Assembly: GCA_046598045.1 (NCBI GenBank)
Contig: JBKJJJ010000174.1
Coordinates: 42,148-106,147, forward strand
Direction: 5' to 3'
DNA length: 64,000 bases
Origin: Candidatus Eiseniibacteriota bacterium
Lineage (GTDB): Bacteria > Eisenbacteria > RBG-16-71-46 > DASYSL01
Of the stretch, positions 46,714-55,702 are shown piece after piece. Position 1 is the stretch's first letter; every line of letters starts with the position of its first letter. The notes under the pieces are model-generated. The model was not told the DNA's origin and ran no database searches. It worked only from the letters and a program-made list of their open reading frames with translations. The position numbers and the translations under genes were made by a program.

Positions 46714-48744
46714 GTGTCCTTCGTTCCCGCAATGGCATTGCTCGTGGCGCTCGCCTCCGGCGACAGCGTGCTCACGCTGCCGGGCGTCGAGGTGCGCGAC
46801 GCGCGCCCGCTCGACGACCCGGCGCTCCGCCGCGCCCCGGGGTTCGCGCGCTCGTACGACGTGACGCCGGCCTACGGCCGCCTCGGCACGGTGAGCGACC
46901 TGCTCGCGCGCGGCGTGGGCGTCCACGTGCGCCAGTTCGGCGGGCTCGGCGCGTTCAGCGCGGTGTCGATCCGCGGCTCCTCGAGCGCGCAGGTCGCGTA
47001 CTACCTCGACGGCGCTCCGCTCAACCAGGCGCAGTACGGCGTGGTCAATGCCGCCGACCTGCCGATCGAGGCGCTGTCGCGCATCGAGGTCTACCGCGGC
47101 GGCGCACCGCTCGCGTTCGATGCACCCGGGGGCGGCGTGGTCGAGCTGGTCACGCGCGACGACCCGGGCCGCTGGATGCGCGCCGACCTCGGCGGCGGCA
47201 GCTTCGGCACGCGCAAGCTGGACCTCGCATTGGGCGCGACCCGCGCGCGCACCACGCTCATGGCCGTCGTGCAGAGCCTCGCGAGCCACGGCGACTTCCG
47301 CTACCTCGACGACAACGCCACCGATGCCAACACGGACGACGACACGCTGCGCACGCGCGCGAACAACGCATTCGATTCTTACGCGGTCACCGCGCGCGTG
47401 GCGCAGGGCGTGGGCCCGGCACGGATCGCGCTGACACATGACCGCCTCGGCAAGCGCCAGGGCGTACCGGGCACGGGCGCGAACACCGCGCTCGCGGCGC
47501 GGCTGCGCACCGACCGCGCGGTGAGCGTGCTGCGCGCGGCCGCCGAGACCTGGCCGCTCACGCCCGTGCAGTCGTTCTTCTACGCGCAGCAACGCGACCG
47601 CTTCTCGGACCTCGCGCGGGAGTTGAGCGGGACGAAGCAGGACAACGACGATCACACCACGCGCTACGGGGCGCGCACCGAGGCTGCGCTTGCGCTGCCC
47701 GGCGCGCTCGGCGGCACGCATCGCCTCGCGCTGCTGGGCGAGGCGCGGCGCGAACGCTACACGCCGAAGATCAACCTGCCCGCGCCACGCGTGCTCGCCA
47801 CGTCGCAGCGCGAGGTCGCGATTTATGGCGCGGAAGATCGCTGGTCTCCGGGCCGCGGCCGGCTCGGGCTGACCGCGCAGGCCCGGCGCGAGCTGACGTT
47901 CGACGCGTTCCCCGCCGGACCGGCGTATCCGGGCGCGCTCCCGTCGCCGGCTGCTGACCGGACGATCCGCCTGACGCGCTGGACCGTGGCTGCGCACGTG
48001 GAGTTGGTGCGCGGCACGGCGGGGACGCTCGCGCTTCGCACCTCGCTCGCGCGGCTCGCGCGCACGCCCACGCTCGAGGAGCTGTTCGGCAACCGCGGGG
48101 GCGTGCACGGCAACCGCGACGCGCTGCCCGAGCGGGTGCTCACGCGCGACGCCGGGCTGACCGGCGCGTGGACGCTCGCGCAAGGCGGCGCGGCGCGGCC
48201 GCGCGCGCTCGAGGCCCAGCTGTCGGCGTACCGCTCGGACGCAGACGACTTGCTGGTGTTCATCCAGAACTCCGCGCGCACGTCGGTGGCGCAGAACGTG
48301 GCGGCGGCGCGGCTCGAGGGCATCGAGCTGGCGTCGCGCGCGGCGTGGGCGTGGGGCCTCTCCGCCGATCTTTCGTGGACGCGCCAGTGGACGCGCGACC
48401 AGGGGCAGGTCGCGTACTGGCGCGGCAAGGACCTGCCCGGCCGCCCGCGCGACGAGGCCAGCCTCGGGCTGTCGCTCGAGCGCGGCCCGGTGCGCGGCTT
48501 CGGCGAGCTGCACGCCACTTCCCCCTTCCATCTCGATCGCTACAACCAGGTCACGATCCCGGCACGCGCACTGGTCGACGTCGGCGCGTCGTACGCATTT
48601 GCCGGGCGCACCACCGATGTCGTCCTCGAATGCCGCAACGTGGGCGACGCGCACGTGCAGGACTTCGGCGGCTATCCCCTTCCCGGGCGCTCGTGGGCGC
48701 TGGGCATCCGTTTCCATCTCGATCGAAAGGCAGATCTCCCGTGA
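46714..48744 (+). CDS. btuB: TonB-dependent receptor, BtuB-like (vitamin B12/cobalamin outer-membrane transporter by riboswitch context)
   Basis: Signal peptide ..FVPAMALLVALASG. TonB box-like DSVLTLPGVEV. Plug-domain motifs (VSIRGSSSAQVAYYLDGAPL, IEVYRGGAPLAFDAPGGGVVELVTR). About 22-strand barrel length. The start is uncertain (GTG near 46714 or ATG 46732). Confidence 0.8.
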   Translation: MSFVPAMALLVALASGDSVLTLPGVEVRDARPLDDPALRRAPGFARSYDVTPAYGRLGTVSDLLARGVGVHVRQFGGLGAFSAVSIRGSSSAQVAYYLDGAPLNQAQYGVVNAADLPIEALSRIEVYRGGAPLAFDAPGGGVVELVTRDDPGRWMRADLGGGSFGTRKLDLALGATRARTTLMAVVQSLASHGDFRYLDDNATDANTDDDTLRTRANNAFDSYAVTARVAQGVGPARIALTHDRLGKRQGVPGTGANTALAARLRTDRAVSVLRAAAETWPLTPVQSFFYAQQRDRFSDLARELSGTKQDNDDHTTRYGARTEAALALPGALGGTHRLALLGEARRERYTPKINLPAPRVLATSQREVAIYGAEDRWSPGRGRLGLTAQARRELTFDAFPAGPAYPGALPSPAADRTIRLTRWTVAAHVELVRGTAGTLALRTSLARLARTPTLEELFGNRGGVHGNRDALPERVLTRDAGLTGAWTLAQGGAARPRALEAQLSAYRSDADDLLVFIQNSARTSVAQNVAAARLEGIELASRAAWAWGLSADLSWTRQWTRDQGQVAYWRGKDLPGRPRDEASLGLSLERGPVRGFGELHATSPFHLDRYNQVTIPARALVDVGASYAFAGRTTDVVLECRNVGDAHVQDFGGYPLPGRSWALGIRFHLDRKADLP

Positions 48745-50180
48745 ATCTCCGCCCGTCCCTCCTGGTCCTCCTGTTCCTCGGCGCGCTCGCGCCCGGCGCG
48801 AGCGCCGCCGAAACCCGCGCCTACGTGTACTGCACCGACTTCGGCTCCGGTGCGATCTCGACCGTCGAGTTCGGCCCGCCGCGCACCGCGATCAACAACC
48901 GGGCGAGCGTGGGCTCCGACGCGGTCGTGCGCTGGTTCGGCGGGCAGCTCTACGTGGTCGAGCGCTTCGGCCTCGACAACATCCGCATCCTCGACCCGGC
49001 GACGTTCGCCGTGGTGCGGCAGTTCTCGGTCGGCAACGGCTCGAACCCGAACGACATCTACGTGGTCTCGCCGACCAGGGCCTACGTCACGCGTTATGAC
49101 AAGCCGGACCTGTGGATCGTGAACCCCTCGACCGGCGCGTTCGTGAGCAGCATCTCGCTGGCACCATTTGCCGATCCCGACGGCCTGCCCGAGATGAACC
49201 GGCTCACCTACCACGCGGGGCGCCTGTTCGTGTCGTGCCAGCGGCTCAATCGCGACAACTTCTTTTCGCCCACGGACTCGAGCCTCGTGGTCGTGATCGA
49301 CACGGAGACCAACCAGTTCGTGGACGCGGACCCGACCCTACCCGGCGCACAGGGCATCCTCCTGCCGCGCACGAACCCGACGACCGAGTTCGCCACCACG
49401 CCCGAGGGCGACTTCCTGCTCGGCTGCACCGGGGCTTACAGCGTGAACGATGGCGGCGTGGCGCGGATCGACCCGCGCGCGCTCACGTCGACCACGGTCG
49501 AGGTGACCGAGGGAGAGCTCGGCGGCGACGTCAACGACGTGGCGATCGGCCCGGGGGCGAGCGGCGTCGCGCGCGCGTTCTGCGTCGTGAGCGATCCGGC
49601 GTTCAACACCAACCTCGTGTCCTACCAACGCTCGGGCGCGCCGTCGGTGGCGACGGTGTTCCCCGGTGTCGGCTTCGTGCTCGGGGACGTCGAGGTCAAC
49701 GACCGGGACGAGGTGTGGCTGTGCGATCGCACCGGGACCGGACCCGGCGTGCGCGTGTTCGACGCGGTCACGAACGCGCAGCTCACCGCGAGCGCGATCT
49801 TCACCGGGTTGCCGCCCTCGGACATCTCGTTCGACGTGGTCGAGCCCGTCGGCGTTCCGGGCCCGCCGCCCGCAGCCGCGGTCAGCGTGGCGTTCGCGGG
49901 CATCGCCCCGAACCCGGCGGTCGGGGGCGCCCCGACGACGATACGCCTGCGCGCAGAGGTGGCCGGCGCGCTGCGCGTCTCGATCGTGGACGCCGCAGGC
50001 CGCCTGCTCCGGACCTGGCGGCTCGAAACCGCCGCCGGGGAGCGGGTCCTGGCCTGGGACGGCCGGGACGAGGCGGGCCGGGCGGCCCCGGCGGGCGTGT
50101 ACCTCGTCCGCGCCGCGCTCGACGATCAGCCGGGCGTCGCGAGCGCGCGACTGGTCCGACTGGCCCCGGCGCGGCTATAA
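48741..50180 (+). CDS. Secreted beta-propeller-like protein with T9SS type-A / FlgD-Ig-like C-terminal sorting domain, co-transcribed with btuB (candidate surface cobalamin-binding accessory protein)
   Basis: GTG at 48741 overlapping the btuB TGA (GTGA). Signal peptide VNLRPSLLVLLFLGALAPGASAA. Repeated Y-V-V / Y-V-T blades. C-terminus IAPNPAVGGAPTTIRLRAEVAGALRVSIVDAAGRLLRTWRLE...WDGRDEAGRAAPAGVYLVRA. Confidence 0.65.
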   Translation: MNLRPSLLVLLFLGALAPGASAAETRAYVYCTDFGSGAISTVEFGPPRTAINNRASVGSDAVVRWFGGQLYVVERFGLDNIRILDPATFAVVRQFSVGNGSNPNDIYVVSPTRAYVTRYDKPDLWIVNPSTGAFVSSISLAPFADPDGLPEMNRLTYHAGRLFVSCQRLNRDNFFSPTDSSLVVVIDTETNQFVDADPTLPGAQGILLPRTNPTTEFATTPEGDFLLGCTGAYSVNDGGVARIDPRALTSTTVEVTEGELGGDVNDVAIGPGASGVARAFCVVSDPAFNTNLVSYQRSGAPSVATVFPGVGFVLGDVEVNDRDEVWLCDRTGTGPGVRVFDAVTNAQLTASAIFTGLPPSDISFDVVEPVGVPGPPPAAAVSVAFAGIAPNPAVGGAPTTIRLRAEVAGALRVSIVDAAGRLLRTWRLETAAGERVLAWDGRDEAGRAAPAGVYLVRAALDDQPGVASARLVRLAPARL

Positions 50181-50187
50181 TCGAAGG

Positions 50188-50225
50188 CCCGGGGGCGGCG
50201 GCTTGCCCCGCCGCCCCGTTCGCTT
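50188..50225 (+). terminator. Rho-independent-like terminator after the btuB operon
   Basis: Perfect 10-bp GC stem GGGGCGGCGG-CTTG-CCGCCGCCCC followed by GTTCGCTTG. Confidence 0.5.
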
Positions 50226-50264
50226 GAATGCAGCTCGCTCGAGGTCCCCTCAGGGAGTGTCCGG

Positions 50265-51350
50265 ATGTTCACCGTGCCCCATCGTCCCCTGCGCGCCCTC
50301 GCTGCCGCCCTTTTCGTGACCGCCGTCCTGGTCACCGCGTTGCCCGGTCGCGCCGAGTCGCCCTGCGCCGGTTCGTTCTGCTGGATCCAGCGCGGCAACT
50401 ACGCGGGGCTCGAGTTCACCGCCCTGCTCTCGCCCCCCGGCAACCCGTGCGTCGTGGCGTGGACCGCGCTCTCGAACGGCGGGCTCGGCGTGTCGACCGA
50501 TTGCGGCGCGCAGTACGCGAACCTGTTCCAACTCAGCGCCTACGACGTGACCGCGCGCGACTCGAACGTGGGTTACGTCGCCGCCGGCGCGCTCGGCATC
50601 GCGAAGACCAAGGACACGGGATCGAACTGGTTCGCGATCAACAGCGGCCTGCCCGCGTTCCCCGACGCGCGCGCGATCCTCCTGCACGTGGCGAAGCCGG
50701 ACTCGGCGTTCTGCGGCCTGCACGGCGGCGGCGTGTTCATCGGCGGCCCCAAGGCCGGCGGCGGCACGGACTCGCTCATGCAGTGGACCGCGATCAACGA
50801 GGGTCTCTTAGACCTCAACGTGCGCGCGCTGGCGCGCGTGCGCGGCGGCACGTTCCTGGTCGCCGCGACCGACGGCGGCATCTGGCGCCGCGGCAACAAC
50901 GTGTGGTTGCTGGTCGGCCCCGCGGTGGTGGCGAACGCGCTGGTGATCGACTCGGCGGATTCGAGCCGCGTCTACGCCGCGACCGAGAACGGCGTCTACC
51001 GCAGCCTCAACCAGGGCCTGTCGTGGTTCCCGTCGTCGGCCGGCCTTCCCTTGAACACGCCGGTGAACGACATCGCGCGCCGCACCGACAACTCCGCGGT
51101 GCTCTACATCGGGACGCGCGGGCAGGGCGTGTGGCAGAGCACGAATTACGGCGCGAACTGGACGCCGTTCGGCCCGCCGCTGCCGGGCGACAACGACGTG
51201 CGCGCCGTGCTGTGCGCGGTGGGCGCGGCCGCGCCCGACTCTGCGAACGTGTTCGCCGGGACGCGCGCGAACGGGCTCTTCCAGAACGGCTACTCGACGC
51301 CCGCGCGGCCGGTGACCTGGGGCCAGATCAAGGACCGGTATCGGCGGTAA
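50265..51350 (+). CDS. Secreted BNR/Asp-box repeat protein (Ycf48/sortilin-like beta-propeller)
   Basis: Signal peptide. Asp-box repeats S-x-D-x-G-x-x-W (TKDTGSNWF, SLNQGLSWF, STNYGANWT). Confidence 0.65.
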   Translation: MFTVPHRPLRALAAALFVTAVLVTALPGRAESPCAGSFCWIQRGNYAGLEFTALLSPPGNPCVVAWTALSNGGLGVSTDCGAQYANLFQLSAYDVTARDSNVGYVAAGALGIAKTKDTGSNWFAINSGLPAFPDARAILLHVAKPDSAFCGLHGGGVFIGGPKAGGGTDSLMQWTAINEGLLDLNVRALARVRGGTFLVAATDGGIWRRGNNVWLLVGPAVVANALVIDSADSSRVYAATENGVYRSLNQGLSWFPSSAGLPLNTPVNDIARRTDNSAVLYIGTRGQGVWQSTNYGANWTPFGPPLPGDNDVRAVLCAVGAAAPDSANVFAGTRANGLFQNGYSTPARPVTWGQIKDRYRR

Positions 51351-51351
51351 G

Positions 51352-52719
51352 CTAGAAGTCGATGCGAGTCGTCGTCACTTCGCCCGCCCGGACGACCACC
51401 GAGTCCGTGGCGGGCGAATCGTTGCGGCCCGCCGCGCGCGCGAAGATCCGGTACAGCCCGGGCGCGAGATTGAGCCGCACCGCGGGCGCGCCCTGCGTCT
51501 GCGCGAGCGCCGCGCTCGCGGCGCCCCCGCCGCCCGCGGCCGCCCCCCAGAGGGGATCGAACTCGACCGTCGCGCCGTCGAGCACCGCGCCGCTCTCAGC
51601 CGCGCGCGCGTCGACCAGCACGTGGCCGCGCGCCCCATCCGGCGCCGGCCCTCCGGCGGAGAGCGCCCAGGCAGAGAGCGTGTCGGGCGGCACGATCACC
51701 TGCGATAGCGTGGTGTCCTGGTCGAGCGCCTGCGGCCAGCTCACGGTCGGCAGGAAGCCCGCGGCCGTCACGCGCGCGACGTAGCGCCCCGCCGACAGGC
51801 CGACCAGCGAAAACTGGGAGAGGAAATTCGTGGTCGAGGTCACCCCGGCGGTCGGGCCCTCGAGCACGCTCACGAGCGCGCCCGCGACCGGCGTTCCGCT
51901 CGAGCGCGCGGCGAACACAAAGCCGTTGAAGTTCGGCCGGGCGCGCGGCGCGGCGAACAGGACGACGCCCGGGCGCAGCGCCACATTATAAGGGCCGTCC
52001 CACACGTACCCGCCGCGCGCGAGCCCGAGCCCGAAGTCGCCGATCGCGGCGTTGACCAGCACGATCGGGTCCTTCCCCTCGCCGGTCTGGACGAGCGTGC
52101 CGCCGGGCGAGGGCGCGAACGAGACCAGCGCGTCGCCCAGCGGCACGCCCGTGCTCTTGAGCGCGAACAGCCCGAACAGCCCCTGCGCGCGGTCCCACGC
52201 CGGCGCGCCGCGGGCGAGGAGCACGGAATCGATCTCGGCGTCGGTGAACAGCGGCACCACGGCGTCGACCAGGTTCCTGGTCACGCGAAAGTCGTAGGTC
52301 ACCGTGGTGCGGCGGCCGGACCGGTCGGCGCGCAGCCGGTGGACGCCCGCAGGCAGGCCCTGCAGCACGAAGTAGCCGTCGGCGTCGCTGGTCACGCCGC
52401 GGATCAGAGGCTCGTTCTCGACCGAGATCGTCGCGCCGGCCACGCCCGAGATCGGGCTCGTGGTGGCGTCCACCACGCGGCCGCCCACGACGTAGACGAT
52501 CGGGATCGTGAGGTCCTTCGCGCCGCCCCCGCAGCCGGCGAGCGCGAGGGCGATTGCGGCCGCCACGGATGCGCGGGTGACGCGCGCGTGCCACACCGTG
52601 CGTGCCCACGCGCCACATACCGCGGCGGCGTGTGCGCCATGGCGGAACGCGTAAGCCCTGAGCTTTGTGGCGGCATGCAGGGCGCGCGCGGTGAGGGGAC
52701 TCAAGCCAAGTCGGAACAA
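51352..52719 (-). CDS. Lipoprotein with two carboxypeptidase-regulatory-like (CarboxypepD_reg) beta-sandwich domains
   Basis: Lipobox ALALAGCGG. GGRVVDATTSPISGVAGATISV...VTSDADGYFVLQGLPAGVHRLRA pattern, repeated later. The true start is uncertain (ATG 52719 or a GTG near 52566). Confidence 0.5.
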   Translation of the reverse strand: MFRLGLSPLTARALHAATKLRAYAFRHGAHAAAVCGAWARTVWHARVTRASVAAAIALALAGCGGGAKDLTIPIVYVVGGRVVDATTSPISGVAGATISVENEPLIRGVTSDADGYFVLQGLPAGVHRLRADRSGRRTTVTYDFRVTRNLVDAVVPLFTDAEIDSVLLARGAPAWDRAQGLFGLFALKSTGVPLGDALVSFAPSPGGTLVQTGEGKDPIVLVNAAIGDFGLGLARGGYVWDGPYNVALRPGVVLFAAPRARPNFNGFVFAARSSGTPVAGALVSVLEGPTAGVTSTTNFLSQFSLVGLSAGRYVARVTAAGFLPTVSWPQALDQDTTLSQVIVPPDTLSAWALSAGGPAPDGARGHVLVDARAAESGAVLDGATVEFDPLWGAAAGGGGAASAALAQTQGAPAVRLNLAPGLYRIFARAAGRNDSPATDSVVVRAGEVTTTRIDF

Positions 52720-53101
52720 TGCGTTGCGGCCTCCGTCAAGGTGTCGTCAAGCCCACGGGCGGTCAGGACCCTCGTGGCACGACGCTTGTATAAGGAATCA
52801 AACGCCGGCCGCCTGATCAAATCACGAGCCATGCAATACCTTGGCGGGTGAGCGGGGGCTCCGGGACCAGAGCGGTCCCGCGATCAGGCTGGCTGGTCCA
52901 AGTCCCGTTGCGGCGGGACTTGGACCGGTTCTTCCCGGTTCCGGCGCGGCCTTCCCGGCTGCGAACATTGTAACGCATGCCGGCGGGCCGCTCGCGCAAG
53001 TGGGCGGCCCGCGACCTTGAGGGGCGCGCCACATCCAGCGCTGCATCTTGCACTCGCGTCCAGCTCATTCATCCTGCGCGCGCCCCTTCAAGATCGCCTG
53101 C

Positions 53102-54520
53102 TCACTCCCCGAACAACCCGGCCTTCTCCAGCGGATTCGGCACGCGCGTGTTCCAGCCGTAGGTCTCCTTCAGGAGCGCGGCGAGCGACTCCGCCGACTC
53201 CGGCTCGCCGTGCGTCAGGAACACGCGCGAAGGCGCCGGCTTGCCGAACGTGCCCGCCCAGCGCACCAACTCGGAGCGGTCCGCGTGCGCCGACAGCGCG
53301 TCGATCTTCTCGATCTGCGCGCGCACCGGCACGAACTCGCCGAACATCTTCACTTCCTCCGCGCCCTCCAGCAGCGTGCGGCCGCGCGTGCCCGGCGCCT
53401 GGAAGCCGACGAACAGCACGATGTTGTTCGGGCCCGGCAGCCGGCTCCGCAGGTGGTGCACGATGCGGCCACCCGACGCCATGCCGCTCGCCGACACGAT
53501 CACGCGCGGGCCGGGCATGGTGTTGAGTTTCTTCGACTCCTCGACCGACTGCACGAGGTTCAGCTCGCCGAAGTAGAACGTGCAGCCCCGATCGCCCGCG
53601 TGGACGTGCGGCACCTTCTGCTCGGCGGGGTACTTGCAGTAGATCTCGGTGGCGTCGATCGCCATCGGGCTGTCGAGGTGAACCGGGACCTTCGGGATCG
53701 AGCCGTCCTTCATGCCCTCCTTCAGGATGAGCAGGATCTCCTGCGTGCGCCCGACCGCGAACGCGGGGATGAGCAACACGCCCTTCGACTCCACGATGCG
53801 TTTCACCAGGGACGCGATGTAGGAGCGCGGGTCCTTCTCCTCGTGCTCGCGATTGCCGTACGTCGACTCCATGACCAGCAGGTCCGCGCCCGTGCTCATG
53901 TCCTCGGGGTCCCGCATGAGGAGCGAGTCGTAACGGCCGAGGTCGCCCGAGAACACGAGGCGCTTCTTCTCCCCGTTCCGCTTCACGGCGAGCTCGACGA
54001 TCGCCGAGCCGAGGATGTGTCCCGCGCGGTGGAACACGACGTCGACCGAATCCGAGAGCGCGAGGCGCTTGCCGGGCTCGATGTCGTGGAACAGATCCAT
54101 CGCCTGCTCGGCCTGGCGCACGGTGTAGAGCGGCAGCGCGGGCTTGTGCTTGGAGTAGCCGCGCCGGTTCGCGTACTCGGCCTCCTCCTCCTGCAGGTGC
54201 GCGCTGTCCTTGAGCATGAAATCGCACAGGTCGCGCGTGGCGGGCGTCGCCCACACCTTGCCCCTGAACCCGTCTGAAACCAGCCGGGGCAGGTAGCCCG
54301 TATGGTCGATATGCGCATGGGTCAGGACCACGTGATCGATGCCCGCCGGATCGATCGGCAAGGGCTGCCAGTTGCGGAGCCGCAGGTCCTTCAAACCCTG
54401 GAACAAACCGCAATCCACCAGCACCTGCGTGCCGCCCGCCTCGACCAGGTACTTGGACCCGGTGACGGTGCGCGCCGCGCCCAGGAATTGCAGGCTGAAA
54501 CCGCCAAAGTCGTTCGCCAA
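53102..54520 (-). CDS. MBL-fold beta-CASP RNA-metabolising metallo-hydrolase (RNase J / CPSF-like)
   Basis: N-terminal FLGAARTVTGSKYLVE. MBL motif VVLTHAHIDHTGYLP. Beta-CASP region and C-terminal LTHGEP. Probable TTG start near 54520. The upstream 300 codons of track ORF 53102..55435 are noise. Confidence 0.75.
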   Translation of the reverse strand: MANDFGGFSLQFLGAARTVTGSKYLVEAGGTQVLVDCGLFQGLKDLRLRNWQPLPIDPAGIDHVVLTHAHIDHTGYLPRLVSDGFRGKVWATPATRDLCDFMLKDSAHLQEEEAEYANRRGYSKHKPALPLYTVRQAEQAMDLFHDIEPGKRLALSDSVDVVFHRAGHILGSAIVELAVKRNGEKKRLVFSGDLGRYDSLLMRDPEDMSTGADLLVMESTYGNREHEEKDPRSYIASLVKRIVESKGVLLIPAFAVGRTQEILLILKEGMKDGSIPKVPVHLDSPMAIDATEIYCKYPAEQKVPHVHAGDRGCTFYFGELNLVQSVEESKKLNTMPGPRVIVSASGMASGGRIVHHLRSRLPGPNNIVLFVGFQAPGTRGRTLLEGAEEVKMFGEFVPVRAQIEKIDALSAHADRSELVRWAGTFGKPAPSRVFLTHGEPESAESLAALLKETYGWNTRVPNPLEKAGLFGE

Positions 54521-54550
54521 GCTGCACCGCCCTTGCGCTAGGATGCGAGC

Positions 54551-55702
54551 ATGGGTGCGCCCGCATCGGCCGATTTGGATCGCGATTTGCGCGTGTTTTT
54601 CGCGCAGGGCCTCGCCGCGCCCGCCGACGAGCGCGCGTTCAACGACCTCGCGCTGCGCGTGTTCGCCTACCAGTACGAAGCGCTCGCACCCTACAAGGCG
54701 TACTGCCAGAAACGGGGCGCGCTGCCCCAACGCCTGCGCACCTGGGCCGAGATCCCGCCCGTGCCGGCGCAGGCGTTTCGCGACCTGCGCCTGTGGTGCG
54801 ACGACGACGGCGCGCCGGCCGCGGTGTTCCGGACCTCGGGCACCACGGCGCAAGGCCGTCCCGGCGAACACTACATGAGCGCCAGCGGGCTTGCACTCTA
54901 CGACGCCTCGCTCCTGCCCACGTTCCGCGCGTTCGTCCTGCCGGAGCTCTCCGACGAGGCGGACGCGCGCTCGACGATTGCGCTGCTCGCGCTCGGACCG
55001 CCGCCCGCCGAGGCGCCGCACTCCTCGCTCTGGCACATGGTGGGCGTCGCCGGCCGCGCGCTGTTCGAGCGCCCCGCGCGCTGGTTCCTGCCCGCTGCCG
55101 GCCTCGACGCGCCCGGCCTCGAGCGCGCGTTCGCCGAGGGTGGCGCGGCGTGCCTGGTCGCGACCGATCTCGCGCTCGACGCGTATCTCGAGTCCGCGCT
55201 GGCGCGCGGCTTCCGGGTCGCGCTGCCCGCCGGGTCGCGGCTCGTCCACACGGGCGGAGCCAAGGGCAAGCGGCGCGGGGTCGCGCCGGAATCGCTCTAC
55301 GTTCGGGCGCGGGCCGTGCTCGGCCTCGCGCCGGAGCGCTGCGTCAGCGAATACGGCATGACCGAGCTCGCCTCCCAGTTCTATGAGGACACGCTGCGCG
55401 ACACCCCAGCGTCCGCGCCGCCGCGGCTCAAGCACGCGCCGCCCTGGCTGCGCGCGATCGTAGTCGACGCCCGGACGCTCGAGCCGGTCGCGCCCGGCAG
55501 CTCCGGCCTCCTGCGCCTCTTCGATCTCGCGAACCGCGGCTCGGTGATGGCGATCCAGAGTGAGGACCGCGCCGCCTGTGCGACCGACGAGGAACTCGGC
55601 AGCTCTCCGGGGTTGGGCGCGCGGCCGTTCCGCCTGCTCGGGCGCGCGCTGGGCACCGAGCCCCGCGGCTGCTCGCTCGCCGCCGAGGAGGCGCTCGCGT
55701 GA
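54551..55702 (+). CDS. luxE: LuxE-family acyl-protein synthetase (fatty-acid activating, adenylate-forming)
   Basis: About 380 aa. N-terminal LuxE-like region (..FAYQYEALAPYKAYCQKRG..). Phosphate-binding motif FRTSGTTAQGRPGEH. The stop overlaps the next gene (ATGA). Confidence 0.65.
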   Translation: MGAPASADLDRDLRVFFAQGLAAPADERAFNDLALRVFAYQYEALAPYKAYCQKRGALPQRLRTWAEIPPVPAQAFRDLRLWCDDDGAPAAVFRTSGTTAQGRPGEHYMSASGLALYDASLLPTFRAFVLPELSDEADARSTIALLALGPPPAEAPHSSLWHMVGVAGRALFERPARWFLPAAGLDAPGLERAFAEGGAACLVATDLALDAYLESALARGFRVALPAGSRLVHTGGAKGKRRGVAPESLYVRARAVLGLAPERCVSEYGMTELASQFYEDTLRDTPASAPPRLKHAPPWLRAIVVDARTLEPVAPGSSGLLRLFDLANRGSVMAIQSEDRAACATDEELGSSPGLGARPFRLLGRALGTEPRGCSLAAEEALA

